NCBI GenBank assembly: GCA_965205655.1
Contig: CBDBIJ010000029.1
Span: 64,766-128,765 of the forward strand
Origin: Candidatus Latescibacterota bacterium
GTDB lineage: Bacteria > Latescibacterota > UBA2968 > UBA8231
Direction of reading: 5' to 3'
DNA length: 64,000 bases
Shown here: positions 55,828 to 64,000 of the stretch, piece by piece
Numbering within the stretch: position 1 is the stretch's first letter
Layout of the letters: every line of letters starts with the position of its first letter
Notes under the pieces: model-generated
Seen by the model: the letters and a program-made list of their open reading frames with translations, nothing else
What the model was told of the DNA's origin: nothing
Databases searched by the model: none
Program-made: the position numbers and the translations under genes

Positions 55828-58134
55828 TCAGGATTCCAGGCGCCTGACCAGTACGCTCATCCTGTTCAGACACACGGAGAGAAAGATTTCGCGAGCGCCA
55901 CTCAAATGCGGGTTCGTCTGGACGTCGAGAAAGTCCTCAACCGCTAGAACCACGAGAAAAATCGACAGGACCTCGTATGGCGGCTTGCCCGCCGCCGAGA
56001 GGCCGTCGCGCACAAGTCCAGTGATCAGACGCGCCTGCGTTTCCATGCGCACGAGATCCTCTTCGTCGTAGGAGGCGGAGAGATCGCCACAGGCGGCACG
56101 GAGGGCACTCCGCACGGATTCGAGTGAGGCGCTGCCGGTGAGGATGGAGGCGGTTCGCTGCAGGAAGCCGGAGATGTCCGAGATGCGACGCGTGTCCTCA
56201 AACGACAGCAGCCGATAGAACAATCCACCCGCCCCTAACGCCCGACAGACGCTGTTGAGCAATTGTAGCTGCACGGCCGCCGAAGGAAATTCAGGCAGAC
56301 GCTGCAACGTGGGCCTGACGATCCGGTAGTCTCCGAGTTGGCTAAGCGCGTCGACGATGGTGGGAAACGTAGCTCGGTCGAAGCCTTCCCCGAGGTGCCA
56401 GAACAGGAGTTCCTGAACCTCCGGTCCGCCAATTTCGGCCAATCCCCGGATGGCGCTGATGCGGACCCGGGTGTCGCCGTCCTGGAGCGCATCGATGAGG
56501 GGGTCGATGCTGCTGGGGTGACCGAGACGGCCCAGAGCCTCGGCGGCTTCCGGCCGGATGTCGGAGCCGCCGTCGATGAGTTCCTGCAAGAGTCGCTGTG
56601 TCGCGGATTCGGCGCCGGTTTCGCCCAGCGCCCTGGCGGCGCTGCGGCGGACCAGCGGACTTGCATCTGCGAGTGCCTGGATGAGCTGGTCTATCGCCAG
56701 CGGCGATCCCGAGCGTCCCAGGGCGAGCGCGGCTCGTGCACGTCTTTGCTCGCCGCTTGCGACAGAGAACATGCCGGCGTTGTAGGCGTAGCTCAGGATA
56801 TTACCGCGGAACATCCGGCCGAGCAGGGCTCTCGACGAAACAGTGCTGCGATCCTTGACGAAACGCAGCTGCAGCGAGGGAATCAGCCGAGCGGCGGCGC
56901 TGATGAGGAAGATGATCTGCAGTGTCCCGATGGAGAATCCGAACAGCTCGAACTCGGCGCCTCGCATTTCCCGAACGAGAAGGCTGCCCGAGAGCGGGCC
57001 GAAGGCCCCGACCAGGTTGACGGTCGCCGACCACGTAGCCATATAGTACGGCCTCTGATCACCTTCCGGCATGAGGCCGTACTGAAGCGGCGTCATGGCG
57101 ACGTTGATGCCTGAAAAGATGAAGCCGCTTACGAACAGTGCGACAGGTATGAGGTAATAAGAGCCCGGCTCGGTAAATACCCAGAGGACCGGCGTGAGGG
57201 AGGCTGGAATCAACAATATCTGAAGCACGGGCTTGGCGCCGAAGCGGTCGACAAGCGCTGCCCACACTCGGTAGCCGATGATGCTCGTCGCCATGAATGC
57301 GGCGTTGAAGAGCGCGATTTCCGTATAGGTGACACCGAGCCACTCGAGCATGTAGACACTGTAGAGAGGACCGGCGAGTCCCAGGCCGAAGGTCCAGGCG
57401 CCGTTGAAGAGCACGGCCCGCCTGAAGTTCGCGTCGGTGAAGGGAATCATGAGCATCTTCATACTGCTCAAGCGCTCTTCGCGCGCCTCGGCGCCTCTGG
57501 CAAAGGGTGCTCGACCGACGGCCAGATAACCGAGCAGGCCGAATAAAGCTCCGATGACGAAGACGGTGTAGAACCCGGTCCTGTCGCCTTCCGGGAACAG
57601 ATCCAGGTACTGGCCGATCAGAAAGCCGGCGCTGACCGCCACGACGGTGGCGACCGTCGTCTGACGGCTCGTAAAACGCGCCCGGATGTTCGTCGGGACC
57701 GTATTCGCAATCCATGTTGTAAGGAGGGGCGAAAGGACGTAGCCGCACAGCAGACTCAGCCCGACAAGAATGACGAGGGCATTCAGGTAGTGGTCTGGAA
57801 CAAAGAGCGCAGGAATGAGGATGACGCAGGCGCGCAGGGCCACTTCAACGGCACCCAGGCCGAGAATCAAATGCTTCGTGGAGTGCAGGCGCTGGCCTAT
57901 CAGCGGAGACACCAACTGAATCGTGGCGAGCAGAAACGCCACGGAGGTCAGCAGGGCGATGAACGACGCATCGGCACCCAGCGTCAGGGCGTATCCCGTG
58001 AACACCGCCGTACCGACGCCCACCGATTGTCCCCATACGCCCCACAATCCGGCCGCCATCGTAAAAGAGCGCAACCCACGCGTCACCTCGACGCGCGTGA
58101 GGCTCCCCCGACGCCTATCGACGGGAGTCGTCAC
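55828..58134 (-). CDS. MFS transporter fused to HEAT repeats
   Basis: About 12 hydrophobic segments (LVDRFGAK), then repeated VRxxAxxALG HEAT units. Confidence 0.85.
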   Translation of the reverse strand: MTTPVDRRRGSLTRVEVTRGLRSFTMAAGLWGVWGQSVGVGTAVFTGYALTLGADASFIALLTSVAFLLATIQLVSPLIGQRLHSTKHLILGLGAVEVALRACVILIPALFVPDHYLNALVILVGLSLLCGYVLSPLLTTWIANTVPTNIRARFTSRQTTVATVVAVSAGFLIGQYLDLFPEGDRTGFYTVFVIGALFGLLGYLAVGRAPFARGAEAREERLSSMKMLMIPFTDANFRRAVLFNGAWTFGLGLAGPLYSVYMLEWLGVTYTEIALFNAAFMATSIIGYRVWAALVDRFGAKPVLQILLIPASLTPVLWVFTEPGSYYLIPVALFVSGFIFSGINVAMTPLQYGLMPEGDQRPYYMATWSATVNLVGAFGPLSGSLLVREMRGAEFELFGFSIGTLQIIFLISAAARLIPSLQLRFVKDRSTVSSRALLGRMFRGNILSYAYNAGMFSVASGEQRRARAALALGRSGSPLAIDQLIQALADASPLVRRSAARALGETGAESATQRLLQELIDGGSDIRPEAAEALGRLGHPSSIDPLIDALQDGDTRVRISAIRGLAEIGGPEVQELLFWHLGEGFDRATFPTIVDALSQLGDYRIVRPTLQRLPEFPSAAVQLQLLNSVCRALGAGGLFYRLLSFEDTRRISDISGFLQRTASILTGSASLESVRSALRAACGDLSASYDEEDLVRMETQARLITGLVRDGLSAAGKPPYEVLSIFLVVLAVEDFLDVQTNPHLSGAREIFLSVCLNRMSVLVRRLES

Positions 58135-58225
58135 AATTCAAATCCCCTTACATCGCGGAAGTGGTGCGGGCGTGCCAGTGCCTCAAGAATCCAGGCTATT
58201 AGGAGCCGACCGGCGGAGGATGGTT

Positions 58226-59242
58226 TCAACTCGTCAGGCGGCCGGATATGATGTCGGGCACTTGCTCTTCAAGGTTGTGTTCGAGCCGGGGTCCATAAAC
58301 GCTGACGACCCTGGCGCCGGCGAAACAGCCCAGCCGTGCGGAATCCGCCAATTCGAATCCGTGCGCCAGACCGTAGAGAACGCCGCCGGCGAATGCGTCG
58401 CCCGCTCCGGTCGTGTCGACGGCGTCGACATCGACTCCACTGACATTCACTCCCCCGCCCCCGTCCAGCACGACGGCACCCTCCGGACCGCAGGTTACGC
58501 AGGCGCGAGGCGTGAGCTTCGCGATGGCCTCACAGGCAGAGCGACGATCGGTCTTTTCCGACAGGGCTCGAGCTTCGTCTTCATTGCACAAGAGGAGATC
58601 GACGCCAGCGGCGATCAGGTCTTCGAAGCGGGCCCGGAAGATTTCGACGATCGATGGATCGCTCAACGTCAGAGACACAGATACACCGTGGTCGCGCGCC
58701 AGCCTCTGCGCCGCGAGGCAAGCGGCGAAGCCGGGATCGGAGGTGACAAGATACCCTTCGATGTATACGAATTGACTGGCGCGCAGAGCCTCCTCCTCCA
58801 ACTGGTCCGGTCCCATCGAATCGCTGACGCCGAGAAAGGTGCTCATGGTACGGTCTGCATCGGGGGTCACCAGAACGACGCACTGTCCTGTCTTTCCAGA
58901 GCAGCTCCCGTGCAAATTGGAAGTGACGCCGGCGCGTTCGAGGTCGTCGCGATAGAATCCGCCCCAGGCATCGTCTCCCACTCGGCAGGCGTAGTAGGGC
59001 CGTCCGCCGAATCGCGCCACCGCGATCATCGTATTGGCGGCTGAACCGCCCGAAGCGGACTTGAGCGGCTCCGCCGGCAATGTCTCGATGAGCTCTTGCT
59101 GGCGCGTCTCGTCGATGAGGGTCATGACGCCCTTGTGCACTCCGAGAGCCGCCAGAATGTCTTCGGTAACGCCAAACTGCAGGTCCACGAGGGCGTGGCC
59201 GATTCCGTAGACATCGAATTGATTCTGGGAAAATGATCTCAT
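58226..59242 (-). CDS. PfkB-family adenosine kinase-like
   Basis: GHALVD, GGSAANT, NEDEA and DTTGAGDAF motifs. Confidence 0.9.
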   Translation of the reverse strand: MRSFSQNQFDVYGIGHALVDLQFGVTEDILAALGVHKGVMTLIDETRQQELIETLPAEPLKSASGGSAANTMIAVARFGGRPYYACRVGDDAWGGFYRDDLERAGVTSNLHGSCSGKTGQCVVLVTPDADRTMSTFLGVSDSMGPDQLEEEALRASQFVYIEGYLVTSDPGFAACLAAQRLARDHGVSVSLTLSDPSIVEIFRARFEDLIAAGVDLLLCNEDEARALSEKTDRRSACEAIAKLTPRACVTCGPEGAVVLDGGGGVNVSGVDVDAVDTTGAGDAFAGGVLYGLAHGFELADSARLGCFAGARVVSVYGPRLEHNLEEQVPDIISGRLTS

Positions 59243-59339
59243 TTTCTCACCCGCGGTTATGTACCCCTTGCCGCTGGGACTGCGCTCCGATTATATTAAG
59301 CCATCGAGCACAAAGGGCTTATTCTCGAGGAGGGAGTCT

Positions 59340-59861
59340 ATCGCAAAACAACAGCAGACGTTCACCCGTATTAACGACTCGATCCGCGTCCCGCAGATCC
59401 GCCTGATAGACGCCGAAGGCACTCAAGTCGGGGTGGTCGAAACGAGTGACGCCATGAAGATGGCGGAAGATTCGGATCTGGATCTGGTCGAGGTCGCATC
59501 GGCGGCGAGCCCGCCCGTCTGTCGCATCATGGACTTCGGCAAGTACCGGTACGACCAAGAGAAGAAAGCGAAAGAGGCGCGCAAGAAACAGCACACCGTC
59601 CAGATGAAGACGGTCCGCATCAAGACCGCAAATATCTCCGAGCACGATATGGAGTACCGTTTGGGCCACATTCGCGAATTCGTCGGCAAAGGATACAGGG
59701 TCAAGGTCAGTATGCGTTTCTTCGGGCGTCAGATGGCATACAAGGACCGCGGACGGGAGGTCATGAAAGACTTGGCCCAAAAGTTGGAGGAGATCGCGGC
59801 GGTCGACCAGATGCCCCAGATGGAAGGACGCGAGATGTCAATGATCCTCAGACCACTGTAA
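59340..59861 (+). CDS. infC: Translation initiation factor IF-3, probable non-canonical ATC start
   Basis: INDSIR..DLVEV..PPVCRIMDFGKYRY; GAGGAGG lies 7 nt before an in-frame ATC at 59340. Confidence 0.93.
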   Translation: MAKQQQTFTRINDSIRVPQIRLIDAEGTQVGVVETSDAMKMAEDSDLDLVEVASAASPPVCRIMDFGKYRYDQEKKAKEARKKQHTVQMKTVRIKTANISEHDMEYRLGHIREFVGKGYRVKVSMRFFGRQMAYKDRGREVMKDLAQKLEEIAAVDQMPQMEGREMSMILRPL

Positions 59862-59863
59862 CC

Positions 59864-60048
59864 GCTGCAGCAGATCAGCACGACACCTCAGACGTTACCA
59901 CCACGCACACACCAACGAGAGCGACGCAACAGGTCAGCTGATTCCCCTCCGCATCACGCAAGGTGCACTCCGCCCTCACATCTGTACCTGCAAAGGCGTA
60001 GATCAAAAACTGTGACGATCGGGAAATGTGTGGCGGGGGGCGCTGCAG
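59864..60048 (-). ncRNA. 6S RNA (ssrS) candidate
   Basis: About 185-nt non-coding stretch directly downstream of zapA; the ends pair (ctgcagc/gctgcag, ccgccac/gtggtgg, acag/ctgt), suggesting a long rod-like fold. Confidence 0.5.
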
Positions 60049-60057
60049 TCCACTATC

Positions 60058-60400
60058 TCAAAAACGCGCGGCGTCGTCCTCGAGATCGCGGTCCGCGAGC
60101 TCTCCTTCGGCGCTGTTTTCCAGCCGGCGGGTGAAGGAGTTGATCTGGTCGTCGGCCTCGCTCAAGAGGGCTTCCTTCTTTCTCCGCTCTGCGAGGACCT
60201 CCTGGGCAATCTCCATGGCAGCCAGAATCGCCACATCAAGGGGGGCCCGGCGACCGACGGTTTCGGCGGCTGACCGCATCTTCTCGTCGAGGTAGGTTGC
60301 CGCGGTTTCGATGTAGGCTGGACTGTCCGAATCACTGCCGATCTGGTAACGGCGACCGAATATCTTGACTAAGGTTACTGTTTTCTCGTGACTATGGATT
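60058..60400 (-). CDS. zapA: Cell division protein ZapA
   Basis: VKIFGRRYQI...ATYLDEKMR...VAILAAMEIA; start codon unclear. Confidence 0.85.
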
Positions 60401-60447
60401 AAACGACTTCGACAGCCGAGGAACACGGGGCAGTCGACGGAACAGAC

Positions 60448-60494
60448 AAAAAATGGGGGACTTCCGCGATCTCCCCTTACTCCCGGAAGCCCCC
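60448..60494 (-). terminator. Intrinsic terminator between the promoter and zapA
   Basis: Minus-strand gggggcttccg...cggaagtccccc followed by atttttt. Confidence 0.7.
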
Positions 60495-60527
60495 TCGGTT
60501 GCGCGCATTACCACGTGGTGAGTCACC

Positions 60528-60556
60528 ATTATATGGTAGGGCGGCAAATTTGTCAA
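60528..60556 (-). promoter_or_regulatory. Perfect-consensus sigma70 promoter
   Basis: TTGACA-17-TATAAT on the minus strand. Confidence 0.8.
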
Positions 60557-60638
60557 CCATATATTTTGTGCCACAGGCGTTTTTTTCGGCCGCGGCGGCC
60601 AACGTGCGGCCCGTTAGCTCCCCTAACCAGGTGTAATT

Positions 60639-63530
60639 TTGGAAGATAACGATCAATTTGCCGCTTTTCTCAAGGCTGGGATTTCGGGAGAAGTGCGCTT
60701 TGACGCTGTTTCGAGGCTGCTGTATCGAACCGACGCGAGCGCCTACGAGATCGAACCGACTGGCGTCGTTCTTCCCCGTAGCAGGGCAGACGTCGTACAC
60801 CTGGTGAAAACTGCCGGTGAGTTCGGGGTCCCGATCCTGCCGCGAGGGGGAGGGACCAGCCTGGCAGGGCAAGCGGTGGGGCAGGCCGTGCACGTCGACT
60901 TCTCCAAATACATGAACCACATCCTGGAGCTGAATGCCGAACAGCGGTGGGTGAGGGTCGAGCCCGGCGTTGTCCTCGACGAGCTCAACGCTTTCCTGAG
61001 ACCCTACGGTCTGCTGTTCGCACCGGATGTGGCGACCGGCAACCGGGCAAACATCGGTGGGATGATCGGCAACAATTCGTGCGGGGTTCACTCGCTGCTC
61101 TGGGGCAAGACGATCGATCACGTGTGCGAGCTCACCGTCGTCCTCGCCGACGGTTCCGTCGTCGCGTGCGGCCCCGTCAGCGATCACCTCCGTCGTCAAC
61201 GCGCGGAGCAGACCGACCTCGAGGGTGCGGTGTATCGAGGCGTAAGGCAGGTTGCCGCTGACGAGGAGGAGGAGATCCGGCGGCGCTTTCCGAAAGTCAT
61301 GCGCCGCGTTTCCGGATACAATCTGGACGAGTTCATCGACTTCGAGCTGCCTTTCGATCTCACCAAGATCGTCACTGGCTCTGAGGGAACATTATGCTCC
61401 GTCGTCGAGGCCAGACTCAACCTCGTGGAGCTGCCTACCCACAAGGCGCTGGTGGCCTGTCATTTCGAAACTCTCGGCGAAGCGCTGCAGGCGAATGTGG
61501 AAACGGCGGAAACGGATCCGGCGGCGGTCGAGCTGGTCGACAAGATCCTGCTGGATCAGACGAAGGGCTCGATCGAACACGCGAGACGGCGGCAGTTTCT
61601 GCGCGGTGATCCGGGAGCGATCCTGTTCGTGGAGTATTACGCGGACAGCCTTGATGAACTGAGCCACAAAACGGAAGCGCTCGAGTCCCGTCTGCGATAT
61701 GCGGGGCTGGGATACGCCTGCGTCAGAGCGGATGAGGAAGCCGAGCAAGCGAATATGTGGGAGCTCCGCAAGGCCGGGCTCGGTCTGCTCATGGGGATGA
61801 GGGGGGACGCCAAGCCGCAGCCGGGGGTGGAGGACACCTGCGTTCCGGTGGCGCTCCTTCCGGAATACGTCGAGCGGGTTCAGAAGCTCATGTCCGATCA
61901 CGGGGTCGAGGCGGAGTTCTACGGACACGCCAGTGTCGGGCTCTTGCACATCCGCCCGATTCTGAATCTCAAGGTCGATGACGGCGTTCGACTCCTGCGT
62001 CTGTTCCAAGATCGGATGAGTGACATGGTACTCGAGTACGGCGGCAGCATGTCGGGCGAGCACGGAGACGGACTGGCCCGCAGCGAATGGATCGACAAGA
62101 TGTTCGGCTCTCGCCTGCGGCAGGCGTTCGAGACGGTAAAGGAAACCTTCGATCCCGCCCACATCATGAATCCCGGCAAGATCGTTCAGCCTGCCCCGAT
62201 GGACGCAAACCTGCGCTATGGCGCCGGCTACCAGACATCGCGCCTGCAGACGTTTTTCAGCTACGACAGCGAGGGCGGGTTTCAAGAATCGGTCGAAATG
62301 TGCTCGGGTGTCGGTCATTGCCGCAAGAAATTGGCCGGCACCATGTGCCCGTCCTACCAGGCGACGCTGGAGGAAAAGCATTCGACCCGGGGACGCGCGA
62401 ATGCCCTGCGCGCCGCCCTGTCTGGTCGATTGTCCGACGGGATGACGAGCGATGAGCTGTTTGAGGTCATGGACCTGTGCCTCGAGTGCAAGGCCTGCAA
62501 GGCTGAATGTCCCTCGAGTGTCGACATGGCGAAGTTCAAGTACGAGTTCCTCGCCCATTACCATGGTCTCCGAGGGTATCCTCTGCGCTCCAGACTTTTC
62601 GCCAATATCGACCGAATAAATCGCTTGCTGTCACCGTTCGCGCCGCTGGCGAATGCACTCCTACGGGGTGCCCCCAATCGCTGGCTCTTGGACCGGCTGG
62701 CCGGTATCGACCGGAGGCGAAAGATGCCGAGACTGACCTCGACGACGTTCTCGAGCTGGTTTCGCGGGCGTGACAAATCTCCCGATCGAGTAGGGCAGCG
62801 GGATACCGGGCGCGGCACCGTCGTTCTGTTCAACGACACCTTCACCGAATACAACGAGCCTCAGATCGGCCGGGCCGCCATAGCAATCCTTGAGGCGGCC
62901 GGTTTTCAGGTCGTCCTTCCACGCGAGTCCATGTGCTGTGGCAGACCCCTGATCTCGAAGGGATTTCTGAAACGGGCGCAGGAGCGCGCCATCCGCAACG
63001 TGCAGATCCTCGAGCGCTACGCTGGGAAGGGATGGCCGATTCTCGGTCTCGAGCCCAGCTGCCTTCTCACGTTCCGAGACGATTACGTCGACCTCGTCGA
63101 CGATGCGGCAGTCAGCCTGGTCGCGAAAAACGTCTATTTGCTAGACGAGTTCATGCACGCACTTGCAGGCCGGGACGAGCTTGGTATTAAATTTACCGAG
63201 ACCCGGAGGGACATACTGTTCCATGCTCACTGTCACCAGAAAGCCCTCGTGGGGACCGAGGCGACTGTGGCCGTGCTCAATCTGCCCCCGAATTACACCG
63301 TCCGGGAGATACCCTCGGGCTGCTGCGGCATGGCGGGCAGCTTCGGATACGAGAAGGAGCACTACGAGCTATCCATGAAGGTGGGAAGAGAGCGCCTATT
63401 CGACGTCATCGACTCGGCGGATGCCGACACCGTCATTGCGGCAAGCGGCACCTCGTGTCGACACCAGATCGCCGACGCCACCGGCAGACAGGCGCGACAC
63501 TGGGCCGAAATCATGGCAGAGGCTCTCTGA
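60639..63530 (+). CDS. FAD-binding/Fe-S (GlcD-GlcF-like fused) 2-hydroxyacid dehydrogenase
   Basis: RGGGTSLAGQ, GSEGTL, SGEHGDG, CxxCxxCxxxCP and CCG domains. Confidence 0.92.
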   Translation: MEDNDQFAAFLKAGISGEVRFDAVSRLLYRTDASAYEIEPTGVVLPRSRADVVHLVKTAGEFGVPILPRGGGTSLAGQAVGQAVHVDFSKYMNHILELNAEQRWVRVEPGVVLDELNAFLRPYGLLFAPDVATGNRANIGGMIGNNSCGVHSLLWGKTIDHVCELTVVLADGSVVACGPVSDHLRRQRAEQTDLEGAVYRGVRQVAADEEEEIRRRFPKVMRRVSGYNLDEFIDFELPFDLTKIVTGSEGTLCSVVEARLNLVELPTHKALVACHFETLGEALQANVETAETDPAAVELVDKILLDQTKGSIEHARRRQFLRGDPGAILFVEYYADSLDELSHKTEALESRLRYAGLGYACVRADEEAEQANMWELRKAGLGLLMGMRGDAKPQPGVEDTCVPVALLPEYVERVQKLMSDHGVEAEFYGHASVGLLHIRPILNLKVDDGVRLLRLFQDRMSDMVLEYGGSMSGEHGDGLARSEWIDKMFGSRLRQAFETVKETFDPAHIMNPGKIVQPAPMDANLRYGAGYQTSRLQTFFSYDSEGGFQESVEMCSGVGHCRKKLAGTMCPSYQATLEEKHSTRGRANALRAALSGRLSDGMTSDELFEVMDLCLECKACKAECPSSVDMAKFKYEFLAHYHGLRGYPLRSRLFANIDRINRLLSPFAPLANALLRGAPNRWLLDRLAGIDRRRKMPRLTSTTFSSWFRGRDKSPDRVGQRDTGRGTVVLFNDTFTEYNEPQIGRAAIAILEAAGFQVVLPRESMCCGRPLISKGFLKRAQERAIRNVQILERYAGKGWPILGLEPSCLLTFRDDYVDLVDDAAVSLVAKNVYLLDEFMHALAGRDELGIKFTETRRDILFHAHCHQKALVGTEATVAVLNLPPNYTVREIPSGCCGMAGSFGYEKEHYELSMKVGRERLFDVIDSADADTVIAASGTSCRHQIADATGRQARHWAEIMAEAL

Positions 63531-63563
63531 GAGCCGGCCTGGCAGCGACGGGAGAAAGCGAAA

Positions 63564-64000
63564 TTGGCGACCACGAAACTGGCGCTTCCCTTCGGCGATA
63601 CCCAACTCACGGCCGAGATCCCGAGCGATCGTCTTTTGGGTATCGTGGCTCCCGGCGATCGGACTGCCGGCGATCGGACTGCCATTGTCGACGAGGAGGA
63701 AACCATACGCCGGGCACTGGCGAACCCGATCGGGACCGGGCTTCTCGCCGATTCGGTTTCGGTTGGTCAGAAGGTCGTCATCGTCACCAGCGATCTGACT
63801 CGACCCTGCCCGGCTGACACGCTCCTTCCTTCCGTGTTACGGGAGCTGGAGACGGCAGGAATTCCCGATGCGGACATCATGGTCGTGGCGGCACTCGGAT
63901 TGCATCGGCCAATGACCGGCGATGAACTCGAACGGCTCGTAGGGACCCCCATCTTCGAGCGCGTTTCCGTCATCAACCACGATCCAAGTGACACCGTGGA
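63564..64000 (+). CDS. larA: Nickel-pincer-dependent lactate racemase family (LarA) protein, running off the window edge
   Basis: Hand translation from TTG: ...RALANPIG...VVIVTSDLTRPCP...ALGLHRPMT...INHD. Confidence 0.85.
   Translation, partial: MATTKLALPFGDTQLTAEIPSDRLLGIVAPGDRTAGDRTAIVDEEETIRRALANPIGTGLLADSVSVGQKVVIVTSDLTRPCPADTLLPSVLRELETAGIPDADIMVVAALGLHRPMTGDELERLVGTPIFERVSVINHDPSDTV

Overview
GC-rich bacterial chromosomal window, probably from a diderm lineage: it has a GT9 glycosyltransferase, lipoproteins, several PhyH-family genes and a GH10-like gene. An uncultured FCB-type organism such as Latescibacterota is a guess, not a result. 1-5.4 kb holds a tightly packed cobalamin-dependent methyl-transfer operon: a hypothetical protein, an MtaA/CmuA-type methyltransferase, a corrinoid protein, a small Cys-rich protein, a RACo/ASKHA activator and an MTHFR. 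It lies divergent from a FadR/GntR regulator. 6.2-18.1 kb is an accessory catabolic region with two inverted IS630 copies, one of which disrupts an MFS gene, and a degraded IS256, followed by tRNA-Thr(UGU). The rest is mostly housekeeping or metabolic: two-component genes, an ADH, dnaK with a sigma54-type promoter, uvrB, an intact IS256 with an 8-bp target duplication, E1 alpha/beta, a ferredoxin, a sulfite/nitrite reductase, nnr, carB-TPR-pyrK-pyrD-rlpA, pcm, rplC, infC, zapA with a 6S RNA candidate, an FAD/Fe-S oxidoreductase and larA. The most unusual items are (i) the methyl-transfer module with two unknown Cys/His proteins, (ii) a monocistronic rplC with its own promoter, a 17-bp tandem-repeat leader and its own terminator, (iii) a perfect sigma70 promoter followed about 75 nt later by an intrinsic terminator upstream of zapA, and (iv) pervasive break-up of normally conserved operons. 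Frameshifts clustered at 16.9-21.2 kb and 35.2-38.8 kb look like consensus (indel) errors. All calls come from reading the sequence and from motif knowledge; no searches were run.
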